64,000 nt of DNA, taken from positions 62,001 through 126,000 of the forward strand of contig WELA01002202.1 in assembly GCA_009602735.1 (NCBI GenBank). Reading direction: 5' to 3'. A program made the translations under genes and the position numbers. Shown here piece after piece: positions 49,664 to 64,000 of this stretch. The notes under the pieces are model-generated. The model ran no database searches. It was not told the DNA's origin and saw only the letters and a program-made list of their open reading frames with translations. The DNA comes from Mesotaenium endlicherianum (taxonomy: Eukaryota). The first letter of the stretch is position 1; each line of letters starts with the position of its first letter.

Positions 49664-52600
49664 TGAAATGAATTGACTTACCAAATGGGCGATTAACAAT
49701 TAATGAAGATCTTTATATCAGCAAGTAATCTTTATGGTATTTTTCGTTAACTGATTCAACAGCAAAAGACAACGTACTAGCAGTTGACAATACTCGGAAG
49801 TCAAATGGAAGTTAACTAGCAGTAACAATGCAATCTGTAGACTCACACATAAGCAAGACTAGGAGACAGTGCGTATCAATGGCTTCTCGCTTTGGATTCA
49901 GATCTCTCTCAGTCAGCAATACAAGAGAGTAGGCCTCGTTTTCAAATGCCAAACTCGAGAGCAATACCTAGCATCTGTACATGGAATGAGTTTACTGTTC
50001 AACGACAAGTGCAAAAGCATCGCCTACCCGGGAGTTAACCAGGTTGGTTGGACCTCGGTTAACCAAATCCACCGCCATCTCCCATCATCCCGAATTGCCA
50101 TCCATCCTAAGGATGTCATCTGGCCATTCATCTAGCATACCACACTTAAATGCATATCTAGGCAGTTTGCTGCTACCAAGTACGGAAGTTAGCTGGCTGT
50201 CAAAGAATGTGACAACAAGCCAACCTAAGTTGACTTCAGCCTGCTGCTTGCGGCTGAGTCCTTAAACTGATACGTTCATAAAGTCCAGTAGAGTGAATAT
50301 TAACTAAAGTTTAGCAGGCTGAACTTAATTGACTATTATATCTAAATACATATTATATCAACCAATATACTGACTCATTACAATTCCTCCAACTTACCTT
50401 GTTGTCGCCTCGACAACACTAATATGCAAAATTATCCGGTCAAGGAACTAACAAGACTAACCCCCCACCGCTTGCCTCTTGCTTCAACACTGTTGCGTAG
50501 TTGTGGAGATCACTGGTGACAGTGGACTGTCACCTCCACTCTCTTCTACTTCCGTTGTGGGGTGCAAACAGATAGACCTCCAACAAGGCTTGACTGGAGG
50601 ATGGTTTTAATGTATTGGGGGTTGTTCCTAGGGCTTCAAGATCAGGAGACTGAGATCTGGACCTAGATCCAGACACCCCTCTAGGTTTGTCAGCTGGCCT
50701 TCTAAAGAACCCTGTTTATTCTAAAGTCGGACTTCAAGGAGAACGAAGGGTTGTAGCCTGCTCTTCAATCACTTGGGTGTTGATCCCCACATAAATAGGC
50801 ATTTTAGTACGATGCTGAAATATATTGGCAAGAGGTACATGTCCCTGAGCGAAGGGGGAGGCCGGCATACCTCTGGCCACTCCGCGTGTCCCTTTAGTGG
50901 CAGTCCTGTCCTCTCGAATTTTTTGCCTTTGTCTGCTGCCAAGTACAGTCATATCACCTTTTTCCCCTACTTGGGCAGGTGGGTTGGGGGAACGAGTGCG
51001 GGTCCAGTTGCCTCCATGGCAGGGATCACATTCCATACACTTGATCTTGGCTCCCTAGGAATCCCTGCTCCTGCCTGCCGTTGGGTCTCTTGAGTGCCAG
51101 CTCCTGATGCTTCTCCTCTACCCTGCTCTTCTTCCTCATCCTCCTCATCTTCCTCCTCTGAGAGGGTAGGAGTCTCCTCCACTAAGTCATCCTGCTCCCT
51201 CGTAGACATGGAGAAATCTACTAACCGCCCTTTCTTCGGACAAGTTGGAGGTTGCTTGGCCTTCAACCTGCTGATATCTATCCTCCCTGCATTCTTCGCC
51301 CATTTGACAAAAGCATGCTTTTACTTAGAGAAATAGTCTCTTTCTATCCTCTTGTGCTCTTTGGTCTCCGTATTCATATTACTCAAGCAGCCATTAGCCT
51401 GGGGTTCCAAGGGGCAATGTGAGGTGGTAAGATGAGGTAGCCGTCTAGCCCATAGTGGAAGTCATCTGGTTGGGCTCAATCACACTTCTGCTTTTTGTTG
51501 GTGACGATCATCCACCTCCAGTCTGTGGGCTGTAGGTAATACTGTGGTCCATGCTCAATCTTTTTCACCTTACAATGGAACCAGTGGGGGGAGAACATCT
51601 GTTGTCCTGCTTCCTTGGCCAAGTACTCCTAGCTCCTCTCAACTTCATTGTAAGCTGGCAGTAGTGTGAGGTAGAATATCGTATCCTTAAAGCTATTGGG
51701 CTGCATGCTCACCATCCTGATGAGTCTCTAATCTCCCACTATTTGAGGTACTGGAACTAGCTTGTTCTCCAAACCAGCTGCAAGGTACCGGGCTTGCTCT
51801 GCCGCATAACCCACCATCTTGGCATAGTCTTCGTAATGAACATCAGTGTGTGTCTCAATGTACTAATCGAGTGATTCAGCTCCTTCTTTTTGTAGAAGTA
51901 TTACCTGTTCCAGCTTGTTGATCTCCTGGGCTACCAGTAATGCTTCCTTCAGTTTATCAAAGGGTTGACCACCCACCACAGTATATCTGTAAGTGGCCAG
52001 GCTCTTCTGCTTGTCAGCTTCATCCTTCTTCCTTCTTTCCTCCGCTGCTGCCGCCGCTTCTTCTTCTTGTTTCTTCTGTCTCCTCAGCCTTCCTGAGATT
52101 TTCCGCCTCTTGCTCCTTCTTTTTCTGTGCTTCCTCTGCCTCCTCTTGTTGTCTGCGGACCCTTTCTTGTTCTCTCCTGGTGAGGAACATCGCCGCCAGC
52201 TCTTTTTGGTATTGCTCCTTTGCCCTCCTGGCTTCTTCTGCCTTGCGCTTTTTGTCTTCCTTTTGTGTGGTATGAGCCATCTTGCACGTGTAACCAGGGC
52301 ACAAGTAATAGGATCTCGATCTTTGTCTCAGGAGTTGCAGGACGAGCAGCAAGTTTCTACTATCATGGTAGGTTTGTTCCCATTTACCTTACGGGGTGAT
52401 TGATAGGAATTCACGTAGCTGCAGTGCGATGAAAAATAAACGAATGAATGTGTGTGCAGGGTGAGTTAAGTGATGTTTTGATGTGCGAGTCCCTTTTTCA
52501 TTCCTCCAACTTTGCATGAGGTGGGCTTGGCTGTCCCATCTGCCACTATGCTGACACTTAGGATTCAATGACTGTCCCTTTCTCGCACACTAGCTGTCAT

Positions 52601-55600
52601 TTACTTTCTCCTCCAACTTAAATGGAGACAGAACATCCGGTCACCTTCCCATGTCAACTGAAATGACAATTAGGGAGGTGCCCTAGCCGCCCGAAGGTGG
52701 AACCGTTTCAACGCCTCTTTGGCATTGGTCAAATGGTGCTTAAATTCCCAAGTATCCCCAGAGGCATCGTGACCCTTCCATCAGACCAGGTATTTCATGA
52801 CATATTTAGATTATCAACGGACAGAGCGAGCTTCCAAAATCTCCTCAACCTCATACTCCTCAGGGTCGCAATCCCTGACAGCGGGGACCGGGACCTGTTA
52901 GACAGATAACCGACCAGTGAACAGGGTGTCACCCTTGATGTATGGGGAAGGAGACATTAATGACTGGATGACCCTTGTATTTCGCTGACATGTTCAGTGA
53001 CCGACACGGCGCACCACAGAATATGGACGAATCCAGACCGGACCAAGCTTTTTCTTGACGACACCAGGCAGGTACAGGTGTTGAGAATGCAGTTTGACCA
53101 AATTGCCCTTTGAACATGTCAGCTCTCGACGGTGTTAATTAGCGTATTTTTGTTAATTTTCCTGGGCTTTGTGCAGGTTGTGTTGGAATTCTGACAGGGT
53201 GTCAGCAAACTCCTGAGTTAACTGGAGAGACATCGGATCGTCAATCCCCTCAGAATGAGTTAAAGAATCCCCTAGCACATCCAATGGAGACTTAGGGACC
53301 CTACCCAGACTGACTTTGAAAAGAGTCATGCCCGTTGACGCTGCACCGCACTGTTGATCGCAAATTGAAATTGAGGCAACAGGTCATTCCAATTATCCTG
53401 TTTTTGGTTAATATATGCTTTCAGTACCTCTTACAGAACTCGGTGAGTCCTTTCAGTCTGCCCATCATTCTGAGGGTGGTTTGCTGTGCTGAGCAGCTGT
53501 TTGACTCCCATTAACCCCATTAAAGCTCTCCAAAATTTAGAGGTAAATTTTGGGTCTTTGCCTGAGATAATATTAGAGGGTAGCCCATATTGGCATACTA
53601 CATGGTTGTAGAACTGTCTCGCCGTTTTGAAGGCAGTCACTTTGACAGTGGTGGCGATAAAAATGACCATTTTTGTCAATATATCCACTACTACCAGTAT
53701 AGAATCATGCCCATTGGCAGTTTTTGGTATTGTTACCACCCAATCCATGGATATTGTTTTCCAGCGTCCAGCTGAGATGGGTAGTGGTTGTAACAGCTCC
53801 TTGGGTGGTGTGTGCCTAGACTTATTTTTCAAACACTGATCACAGGACTTAACAAATTGTAGGACCTTCCGAGGTAACCCATCCCAGTGATAATGTTTTA
53901 CCAATTTGCCAGCAGTTTTGGCCTGCCCCAAATGCCCACCCAGCAAACTGTCATGGCCTTGACTCAGTAAGAGTGACTTTATTTCCAAGTTATTAGAAAT
54001 GACCAGCTTTAGCCTGCCCGAAGTGGTTTCAATTACCTAGATCCCTCCCTTTAGCCGATACCCGAGTGCAGTAGCTGGACAAACACGTACCATCAGTGGC
54101 TTTGGGCTCAAATGTTGGGTCATATGGAAGGCTTTCCTAAGTTGTTCAAGGAAGGACTTAATCACATTCAGAGAAGTGAGTGCACAAAGGACTTTACCTA
54201 CCGCATGCTAACTAAAGTTCCGTTCTTGCAAGTCAGGTATTCCAGAGAGTGCATCAGTAGGATTCAACTTCCTTAATTTGTAGTCAATCTAGACTTGGAA
54301 CTGCTCCAGCGTCTGACTCCAGCGATTTTCCCTCCACGACAGCTTGGACTTCTTCTGAAAGTGAGTCAGAGCTAGATGATCTGTAATCATCTTAAAAGAT
54401 TTACCATGTAAGTATGCTCTCTGCTGTTTGAGCACATGAATGATAGCAAGCAACTCTTTATCATGCACAAAATAATTTCTTTCAGCTGGGTTGAATTTCA
54501 TAGAGTCGTACAGCACAAGGTGCCACTCCTGCTTTACCTTACCATCCTTTGTGGTTATGTCATCAAGCTGCAACAAAATAGCACCCATGGCAAAGTCAGA
54601 AGCATCAGTAACCACCTGCACAGGTTTGCTGGGGTCATACACAATTAAGACTAGGGCAAGACAGAGAGCATCTTTAAGGGTCTGGAAGGCAGCTTGCTGC
54701 ACTTTTCCCCACACATACCCTGTGTCCTTCTTAGTAAGGTCAGTCAGTAGACTGGCCTTTGTAGAATAATTTTCAATGTATCTCCTGTAATAGTTAGCCA
54801 ACCCAAGGAAGGATCTAACGTTTGAGACAGATTGTGGTACTAGCCTGTCCCTTATGGTCTGGACTTTCTCAGGATCTACGCTGATGCCTTCTTTATTGAC
54901 AACGTGGCCCCAAGAATCGAATACTTTCCTTAAAGAAATCACACTTGCTCATTTTAGCATATAACTGATTCCTTCTCAGAGAGTCTATGACTGTCTTTAA
55001 GTGTTCAGCATGCTGAGCTTCATCTTTAGAGAAGATTAAAATATCGTCCAGGAAGACTTGCACAAACTTATCCAACTAAGGCCTGAAAATGTCATTTATA
55101 GCACCCATGAAGGTTGCAGGAGCATTAGTCAGTCCAAATGGCATCACATCAAATTCAGAGTGTCCATAAGATCTATCTCACTGAACACTTTAGCACCAGA
55201 CACGGTATCAAGCAAGTCCTTGATTCTGGGGTAAAGCATACTTGTTCTTTACGGTAAATTTGTTAAGAGCTCTGTAATCCACACTCATGCGCATACTTCC
55301 ATTCTTTTTCTTAACGAATAGGATGGGTGCGCCATAAGGTGATTTACTGGGGGAAATATACACATTTTTCTCCAGGTCTGCAATTTGTGTATTCAATTTT
55401 TCGCTCTCCACATAAGACAAGCCATAAGTGCATTGCCAAGGTGGTTGATTCCCAGAAATAAATCAATTCTATGATCTACTTCCCTCTTAGGGGGCACTCT
55501 TGGAAGCCCATATTAAAAAAATCAGTATATTGAGCAACAATTTTTGCAGCATTAGGATGCTCCGGAGGGCTTTCCTTTTTCTCCACCACTTCTTCAGGTT

Positions 55601-57260
55601 GAGGAGGTACCTCTCTTAGCAGCAGACAGAACATTCTGTCTTCCTTCTGGTTCCAGCTTTCGATGAACTCCATCGCATTCAGCAATTTGCATCCCTTTGG
55701 AAGCCTCTTCTTTTCCTTCATTTGCCATCCACACAAGACAAGAGGAAGAGCACTGGTGGGTGCCAAGTTAGTCGGCCCATCACTGGCTCCTCTCACTTTA
55801 ACTGTACCTCTGCTCCAACATACTTCAGCTTGATGTCTGTTAAGCCAGGACCTGCCCAGCACGAGATCATAAAAGCCAGTGTTGAGTACCTCAAATGTAA
55901 GCGTTTCAGTTAGAACTGCAATACCAGTACCTACCTGGACCTCAATAGGCTTGGTTATAATTCCTCCCGGGATACTTGAGGCATCTCCAAGGAATATTTT
56001 TCTATTCCCTTGGGTTACAATAGGTAGCCTTAGCTGCTTAACTAAGTCCTTACGGATAAAAGTATGTGACGCCCCTCCGTCTACAAATGCCCTCACCTTC
56101 CGACCTGCAATGATACAATGCGATAGAATAGGGGAGGCTGACTTTTCCTGACTTTCGCAATGTTCACCTGACTTAGCAAATAAATGTTGGACATCAGGTG
56201 GAAGAAGATCATCCAGAGTGTGCACTCTTTGGGGATCTATATTGTTGATGGTCTTTTTTATCTGTTGGTCAGGCATGCATAGTGAATCCAGTTCAGCAGG
56301 ACCCATAATACCTGCTACGAGGGCAGCTAGTGACGACTCACTGTCTCTAGCATCCTCACAGTCAGCAGAGTGGATTACTGACTGTTGCTGTCTTTTAAAG
56401 ATTGGTCCTCTCTCTTGACCTTTGGAAGGTGCTTGACTAGACACCGCTCTCTATAGTGACCCGACTGCTGGCAATGGAAGCAAATAAATTTTGTTGAGGC
56501 TGGTCTCGGCTTAGTCCTACCACCACCTCTTCCATAGCCACCTCGAGAGTGACCACCTCTGCCTCTAGATTGCATAGCATTATACTCATACTCATACTCA
56601 TCACCCTGATCATCCTCAGCCTGGTCTCCTGCAATTGCATTATAGGAATCGTGGGGCTTTTTGACAATCTTAGACACCAGAGCATTACTCTAGTGCTTGT
56701 GATTGAACTGCTGCTGATCCCAAGCGTCAGCGTCCTGGATCAAGTCCCTCCTTTTCTCATATTTATTTTCAGCAAAATGACCTAAGACTTTGGATTTTGA
56801 GCCATACTTGAAGTATGCTATCCTTTAGCGCTCTGGCAAGTCTGGCTGCTTTGTCATGTTCTCTTGGAACTTTTGACCGAACTCAGCAACTTAGGTGGTC
56901 TGCTTCAGTGTTAAGGAGATCATTGCATAAATAACTTTCTCCTGATGATTGATGACATCAAACTTCTCATGCAGTTTCTCGACAAACTCTACCCAAGTAG
57001 GGTCACCGAGTTGCTGAGCCTTACGCTCTCCTTTCCATACAGCCACCAGTCTGCTGCACTGCCTTTCGATAGAGCACCAGTGTGCCTGAACTTCTCGTAA
57101 TCCTACAATTTTGAATAATTCTCCAGCCACTGCTCAACATCAGCGAGAAACTTGATCAAGAGCTACTTTTTGTTTCCCTCAGGATCATGGTCCTCGGGAG
57201 GTTTTGGCTTAGGATTATTAGGACCTCTGCCACCACCACCAGTGGTTTGAGAACCCAGTT
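49664..57260 (-). mobile_element. Family B copy B4 (decayed; 5' end missing)
   Basis: 3' LTR 49664-50382, ORF3 remnant ~50612-52280, pol ~52670-56306, gag 56375-57260 cut by element D. Confidence 0.88.
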
Positions 57261-57938
57261 TGTAGTGATTTGACTTATATTAGTTGGCATATATTCTAAT
57301 GCTTTGGAATATATTTGGAGTAGTATTGTGTGGAGTCAAGGGTGAATAGATACTCTAATGACTTGAATCATGTCCTTTGAACCTTCTAACACATTTTCGA
57401 AGTTAGAAAAGGACCTAGAAGAACTCCATGTGGCAAAAGTCAAATGTGCCATTTTTAGGTCAAAAGGACATGTGTACATTATTCTAGAAAAAGGTGGCAA
57501 GTTTTGGGATGTGTTGGGTGCCAACACATCAACATGCACCTTCCTAGAAATGACTCATGTAGCAAGTATATAAACAAGAGCTAGAATATAGAAAGACATT
57601 GCAGAATCACTCTTGTACGTGCCAAATTCCAGAAATACATTAACTTTCAAGAAGTCATCTCCCTTTCAAGAAGCTACCACTTGTGTTCAAGGATCTTTGT
57701 CTTGAATAGATAAAGTGTTCTATTTTACTAAGTACTTTATCTATCTGTTTCACTACAGTGGTATCGGAGCTAGGCACTTTGGTAGCACAAGAAGATGGCC
57801 GATCCTCAAGACCAACAGCAAGCTTTCGAAAGAAGTCCTTCCTCTCCAAAACACCCTCCTCCAGCGCCGATGGAAGAGCCCACTCAAGAAAATCTGCAAC
57901 AACAAGAAGCACCACAATGAGGAGCACCGTCAAATCCC

Positions 57939-58930
57939 GTGGCAGCCGCTATAGCAAAGTTGACCCCACCACAAGGGGTTCCCGCAAATGAGTGGGCAGC
58001 CTTCCTAATGACCGTCCACAACCAAGTGGGCTTGGCCACCTATGAAGCAACCGTGCAAGCGTCAAGAGAAGCTATGGCTGCCATGGTTGCCCCTATTGCG
58101 AGCAATGCTCAAAATCCAGCCCCGGCTCAAGCGCCTCCACAAGAGCCAACGAGAGCAAGGAAACTCATCAAGCCCGGCAAACCCGACACTTTCAACCCCG
58201 GGAAAGGTGCCAACCTGAATTTATGGCTCTACCAAGTGGAGACGTACCTCGCGTTCCTTGAAGTACCCGAGGAGGACTACGTTCCCTTTGCTGTTACCTT
58301 ACTTAGAGGAGCAGCAACATCATGGTGGCGTAACTATCAAGCGGCTATATATCAAGCTATGGCGCACCCCATGCTCGGCCAAGAGCCCCCACCATCATAT
58401 GCAAGATAGGCAGATTTTTGTGAGGCCCTCATGAAGCAATTCATGCCCACAATGCGGAGAAGATTGCCCGACGAAAGCTCCACCATCTCAAGCAAATGAC
58501 GTCCGTTCAAGAGTATACATCCAAATTTCACGCCCTCACTCTTGAGATCCCCAACATGTCTCTTGAGGAGAAGATTGACCGCTACATCTTTGGCCTCAAG
58601 CCCAAGGTGGCAAAGGAAGTGGAATTACCCGACTTGACGGACTTCTCAAAGATCATTGAAGTGGCCCAACAGGTGGATACCTTGGATTTCAAGCACTTCG
58701 TGCCTTCATCTTCACGGGTATTGGCGACGCGGGTGTACGCAGCCCCTTCCACATTTGAATCTGGACCCACTCCCATGGAAATCGGAGTTATTAAAAGGGA
58801 CCCCGCGGCTGCCTGGAAGAGTGGAAGACCCTCCAATGACACTTATGATGCAAGAAACCAGCAAGGAGTGAAAGCAAGACTCTCCCCGGCTGAAAAAGAA
58901 GCTCTCAAAAAACGGACAGCGCCGGTAGGC
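57939..58930 (+). pseudogene. gag: Element D gag (stop, frameshift, Zn knuckle absent)
   Basis: KPDTF, LRGAATSWW, SVQEYTSKF, GPTPMEIG. Confidence 0.85.
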
Positions 58931-61900
58931 CAGGAGCCTACCACCCCAAGACCCACTTCACGAGAAGGCAACACGCCAAGTGAGGTGGAGATCCCCGTTG
59001 AAGACGACGTTCCAGCCCCAATGAGTTTGAGAGGTTACCTTGAGGAGAGAAGGTCCACATCTTGGTGGATAGCGGAGCTCAAGGCAACTTCATTGCTGCA
59101 AATTTCGCCACCAAGCACGGTATNATTACTATGCCAACTCTTGACCACGACGAGGAGATTATGATGCCCGATGGATTCTCCTATACTACCCCTTCCAAGA
59201 AGACGTACCCCTTGGCACTCTCTATCAAGTCCTTCAAGGATAGAGTAGTGTTCTCCCCCATGCAATTGGGCAAGTACGACGTCATCCTAGGGACGCCTTG
59301 GTTGACCAAGCACAACCCCCAAGTTGATTGGAGGGACGGTACTATCAAGATCAAGAATGACATCACTTCAAGAATCTGTATTTTGCGCGCAATCCAGAAT
59401 ATCCAAATCCAAGACATTGAGAAGTTGGCACACGAGATACTATTGTCTTCCCTCCAACTCAAGAGACTTGTGAGGAAGGGACACGAGCTTCTTTTGGCCT
59501 TGATCACGCCAAAAGACATCAAGAAAGACAACGAGAGTCAAGAAGACAGCCCCGTTCCCAAGGAGATACAAGAAGTCTTGAAGGACTACGAAGAAGTATT
59601 CTCCCCGGAATTGCCCAAGGGCCTACCTCCCAAAAGGTTCGTGGACCACAAGATAGAGTTGGAGCCCGGAAGCAAGCCCATCTCTCGGCCTACGTTCAAA
59701 ATGTCATACACGGAGCTAGACAAAGTCAAGAAGCAAATCAAGGAGCTACTGGAGCATGGCTTNTTGGAGCATGGCTGCATTCGACCTAGCAAGTCGCCAT
59801 TTGGAGCCCCGGTTCTATTTGTCAAGAAAAAAGATGGTACCTTGAGGATGTGTGTGGACTATCGCGCCCTCAACAAGATCCCCATCAAGAATTGATACTC
59901 GCTGCCGCGCATGGATGAGCTCATGGACCGGCTGGTTGGAGCCAAGTACTTCACGAAGGTGGACTTGAGAAGCGGCTACCACCAGATTCGAATCGCTGAA
60001 CCGGACANAATCGCTGAANTACCACCAGATTCGAATCGCTAAAACCTCACGTAGAGAAAATGGCGTCCAGGACAAGATATGGACATTTTGAATTTATGGT
60101 CCAGCCATTTGGACTCACCAACGCGCCAGCAACTTTCATGACTATGATGAACACCATATTTCAGCCCACGTTGGACAAATTTGTGGTGGTATTCATCGAT
60201 GACATCCTTCTCTACAGCAAGACCCTTGAAGAGCATGCGAGACACTTGAAAGAAGTCCTCGAAGTATTGAAGCAAAACAAGCTATTTGCAAAGGAGTCAA
60301 AGTGCGAGTTTGCCAAACAAGAAGTGGAGTTCCTAGGTCTCCACGTGACTGCTGATGGCATCAAGATGGACCCCAAGAAGACCACGGTGGTGGAGGAATG
60401 GCCAACCCCCACGACCAAGAAAGAACTCCAGTCATTCTTGGGATTTGCCAATTGGTACAGGAGATTCATCCAAAGCTTCTCGCACATAGCANTCTGACAG
60501 ATCTACTCAAGGACAGGCTATATACATGGACCGAGAAAGAGGAAGAGGCATTTCAAGAGTTAAAGCGAAGATTGACCACATCCCCGGTGCTCACACTCCC
60601 AAGTCCAAACCCAGATTGGCCCTTCCACGTCATCACCGATGCATCTTCCTGTGCAATAGGAGCAATCCTGCTTCAAGACCAAGGCAAGGGACTGCAGCCC
60701 ATCGCCTACGAGTCAAGAAAGCTAAATCCGGCCGAGCAAAATGATACGACCACGGAGCGAGAGGCATTGGCGATTATTCATGCCTTGAAGGTTTGGCGCT
60801 GCTACGTTGAAGGACGCAAGGTGCTGGTCACNGCGGACCACGAAGCGTTAAAGCACCTCCAGACGCAGCCGTATCTCTCAAGGAGACAAGCAAGATGGAG
60901 CGGATACTTGCAACAATACAACATCACGATTCAGTACCAGCCCGGCAAGACAAACCCGGCTGACCCCCTCTCAAGACTGCAATTAAACGCAATGATGACA
61001 TCGCTGAAGACAGATCTGGAAGCTCAATTTTCAGCCGCCTATGAAAGAGACCCTTACTACAAGAACGGAGAAGCAGCCTTGGACCCATACAAGAAGCAAG
61101 AAGGCAATTATTGGGTGAGGCAAAACACGGGCCAGAGATGTGTTCCTAATGACTTAGACCTCCGGCTCTTGCTTCTACGAGAAGCACACGACAACCCTCT
61201 TGGAGGACACTTTGGAATCCTAAGGACCACGGGCGTTCTAGCTAGGACTTATTGTTGGCCAGGCATGTCTAAGCAAGTCAAGGAGTACTGCAGGAGCTGT
61301 GACACATGCCAAAGAATCAAGCCATCATCGCAAAAGGCGGGAGGACTCCTCCAACCACTACCAATCCCCGAAAGACAATGGACGGACATCTCAATGGACC
61401 TTATCGTGGACTTGCCCGTGACACCTCGAGGCCATAATGCAATACTCACGGTGGTGGACAGACTTACCAAGATGGCTCATTTTATTCCCACGACGACTAA
61501 GGCTACAGCACCACAACTTGCAAGACTCATCTTTGACAACATCTTCCGACTCCATGGACTACCATCAAGAATTGTGTCAGATAGAGATCCAAGATTCACA
61601 AGCCATTTCTGGAAAAATCTCTTCAAGAACTTGGGTACATCGCTGGATATGTCTACTGCCTACCACCCACAATCAGATGGGCAAACCGAGCGTATGAATC
61701 GTACCCTAAAGACCTCTCTAAAGGCCTACGTGTCTACCCTCGAGCAAGACTGGGACATGTACTTGACCCCCCTCGAGTTTGCCTACAACAACACTACGCA
61801 GGCCTCTACCCAAGAGTCCCCATTCTTCCTCAACTATGGCTTCCATCCGACCACGCCACTGAGCTTCACGGCTGGCCATGATGAAGTACCTGCAGCCACA

Positions 61901-62569
61901 GACTTTATGGAGACATTAGAAGCAGCCCTTACAGCAGCGAAGAAAGCTCTACAACACGCGCAAGATGCTCAAGCAAGAGTGGCAAACAAATCCAGAACAG
62001 AAAGTACGTACAGAGTGGGTGACAACGTGTTACTATCATCCAAGAATATTTCCCTGAACAACAGGCCTGCCGGCAGCAAGTTCTCTCCCAAGTATGTGGG
62101 ACCCTTCAAGATTATCCAGCAAGTCAACCCCGTTGCTTTCAAGCTAGAACTTCCCCAGACTATGCACATCGACCCCGTATTCCACGCTTCCCTCTTCAAG
62201 CCATATGTGCAACCCGACAACAAGTTTCCAGGACGTGTGACAATCCCACCAGCCCCAACAATAGTGGATGATCATTTGGAGTACGAAGTGGAAGACATAG
62301 TGGCTATGAGAAATTTCAGGAGACAGCAGCAATACTTGATCAAGTGGAAAGGATATCCAGATTCGGAGAATAGTTGGGTGGCGGCGCACTACCTTGACAA
62401 AGTTCAGAGAAAGTTGAAGCGCTTCCATACCGCCAACCCCCAACTTGGACCAGCCCCAAGTCTCTCTACTAGAAGCCCGAAAACTTCAGGGAGGCAGCCT
62501 GCCACCATCAAGAAGCAGCAGAAGACCCCTTGGAGGCAGCCTGCAAGAACAAGAAAGTGGAAAAATTGA
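58931..62569 (+). pseudogene. pol: Element D pol (PR-RT-RH-IN-chromodomain), with frameshifts and Ns
   Basis: VDSGA, FIDD, TDAS, HHCC, ISMD/SDRD, GPF, EYEVEDIV...YLIKWKGY. Confidence 0.92.
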
Positions 62570-63839
62570 CATTAGACACTCTTCTCTTCTCGCAGTTTCN
62601 GTCTCTTCTCGCAGTTTCTAGACAGAAAACTAAAATTGCTACTGGTAATAAGTCTCTGCATAATAAATTTTGGAAATTTATCTCGCTGTAGTCCATGAGT
62701 AGCCGGTCATTTAGAGTCCAAGTTTGCTCAATTTGGAGCACTGGTGAGAGAGATATGATGCTCTAAGTAGCAGGAGGTCAGGCTGCAGGTATTATTAGGG
62801 CAGAATATGCCTTCTGACATTGTGCCCTCCCCTGAACTTGGAATGCTTTGAAACTCAGGACTCTGGTAGAACATCTTACAACGCCCATTTTGAGACTTAT
62901 TTTGCAGAAGTGTAGAAGGACTTATGATTTTCAGAAGGTTCTGCACAGACTTGGAGGAGTGCCTACTCTCTCAGCTCTCAACGACACTCCAGAAATTAGA
63001 ATGCTCTCAAATTTGGTGACCCGGTAGAGTTCTCCGACGCAATCCGTCTGGCACTAAAATTTTAGATTTGGAGCATTTTTGTGGCCGCTATGAGATTTTA
63101 AATTCGTGGCAGATTTTGGGCCAACTTGTACAATTTTCTTCATCATCAAGGAGTAGGCTAGCCAATAAGGTCACACCACCTACGACCTTGCCTAACCTAC
63201 CTTACATGTGTAGCACCTGACTTGGCGCCTTTGACTATTTCTCTTCACATGTGTGGCATTTGACTTGAAACTGTTGACTAGTCTGCTCCACATGTGTAAG
63301 ACCTGACTTGACGCGCCGAGACGTCGCTTTTTTCATCGGGGGGGTGATGTAGTGATTTGAGTTATAATATATTAGTTTGCATGTATTTTAATGCTTTTGA
63401 ATATATTGGAGTAGTATTGTGTGGAGTCAAGTGTGAATAGGTACTCTAGTAACTTGGTTCATGTCCTTTGAACCTTCTAAGGCATTTTCGAAGTTTGAGG
63501 AAGGACCTAGAAGAACTCCATGTGGCAAAAGTCAAATGTGCCAATGTTAGGTCAAAAGGACATGTGTACATTATTCTAGAAAGAGGTGGCAAGTTTTGGG
63601 ATGTGTTAAGTGCCAACACATCAACATACACCTTCCTAGAAATTACTTATGTAGCAAGTATATAAAGAAGAGCTAGAACATAGAAAGAATCACTCTTGTA
63701 CTTGCCAAATTCCAGAAATATATTAACTATCAAGAAGCCATCTCTCTTTCAAGAAGTTACCACTTGTGTTCAAAGATCCTTGTCTTGAATAAATCAAGTG
63801 TTCTATTTTACTAAGTACTTTATCTATCTGTCTCACTAC

Positions 63840-64000
63840 TGGTGGGTCCACATGCATACCGATGTCACGCGCTGGGTCAGCTAGTGTGCTACCTTCGATC
63901 GCTTCCGCGCAAGTTTTACAGCGTGAGAGGTACACCTTAACCCGCTTCCCATTCAAGGCCTCTTCTACCGCTCGCCCTCAAACCTAGCAGGCGAACTGCC
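63840..64000 (+). pseudogene. Integrase fragment of an A-like element
   Basis: Manual translation WWVHMHTDVTRWVS*CATFDRFRASF...LNPLPIQGLFYR...NLAGEL aligns with A integrase WWRGM...LHPLPIMGLGYRWSCDLASEL. Confidence 0.75.

Larger units (their letters stand above)
57261..63839 (+). mobile_element. Element D: chromovirus-type Ty3/Gypsy
   Basis: LTRs 57261-57757 and 63348-63839; iMet PBS 57759-57770; G-rich PPT before 63348; no matching right TSD. Confidence 0.9.

Noticed and set aside
59740..60060. Short duplications and frameshifts in D RT
   Set aside because: They coincide with Ns; probably assembly joins.

Overview
No host gene is recognisable. The window is a eukaryotic, probably streptophyte (charophyte alga or bryophyte; inferred from element types), heterochromatic nest of transposons. 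The outer element, 'element A' (2016-39994, + strand), is a decayed Ty3/Gypsy-type retrotransposon. It encodes gag (two Zn knuckles), protease, a C5 DNA cytosine methyltransferase, a long unexplained coding region, RT/RNase H, a DDE integrase and a PHD-finger remnant. Instead of two equal LTRs it has split direct repeats (Y...X-Y-X), with a palindromic internal copy of its own termini. It sits in the right TIR of a Mutator-like MITE. It is itself interrupted by a chromovirus family ('B', four copies plus fragments) that has a -1 frameshift signal and an extra unknown ~560-aa ORF after pol, preceded by a conserved intron-like segment. Two near-intact B copies form a 15-kb inverted dimer. Further right are a TRIM, a MITE, a non-autonomous LTR element (C), a second chromovirus (D, plus a solo LTR), and pieces of two more A-clade elements. 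All alignments were made by eye; several N gaps indicate assembly uncertainty.
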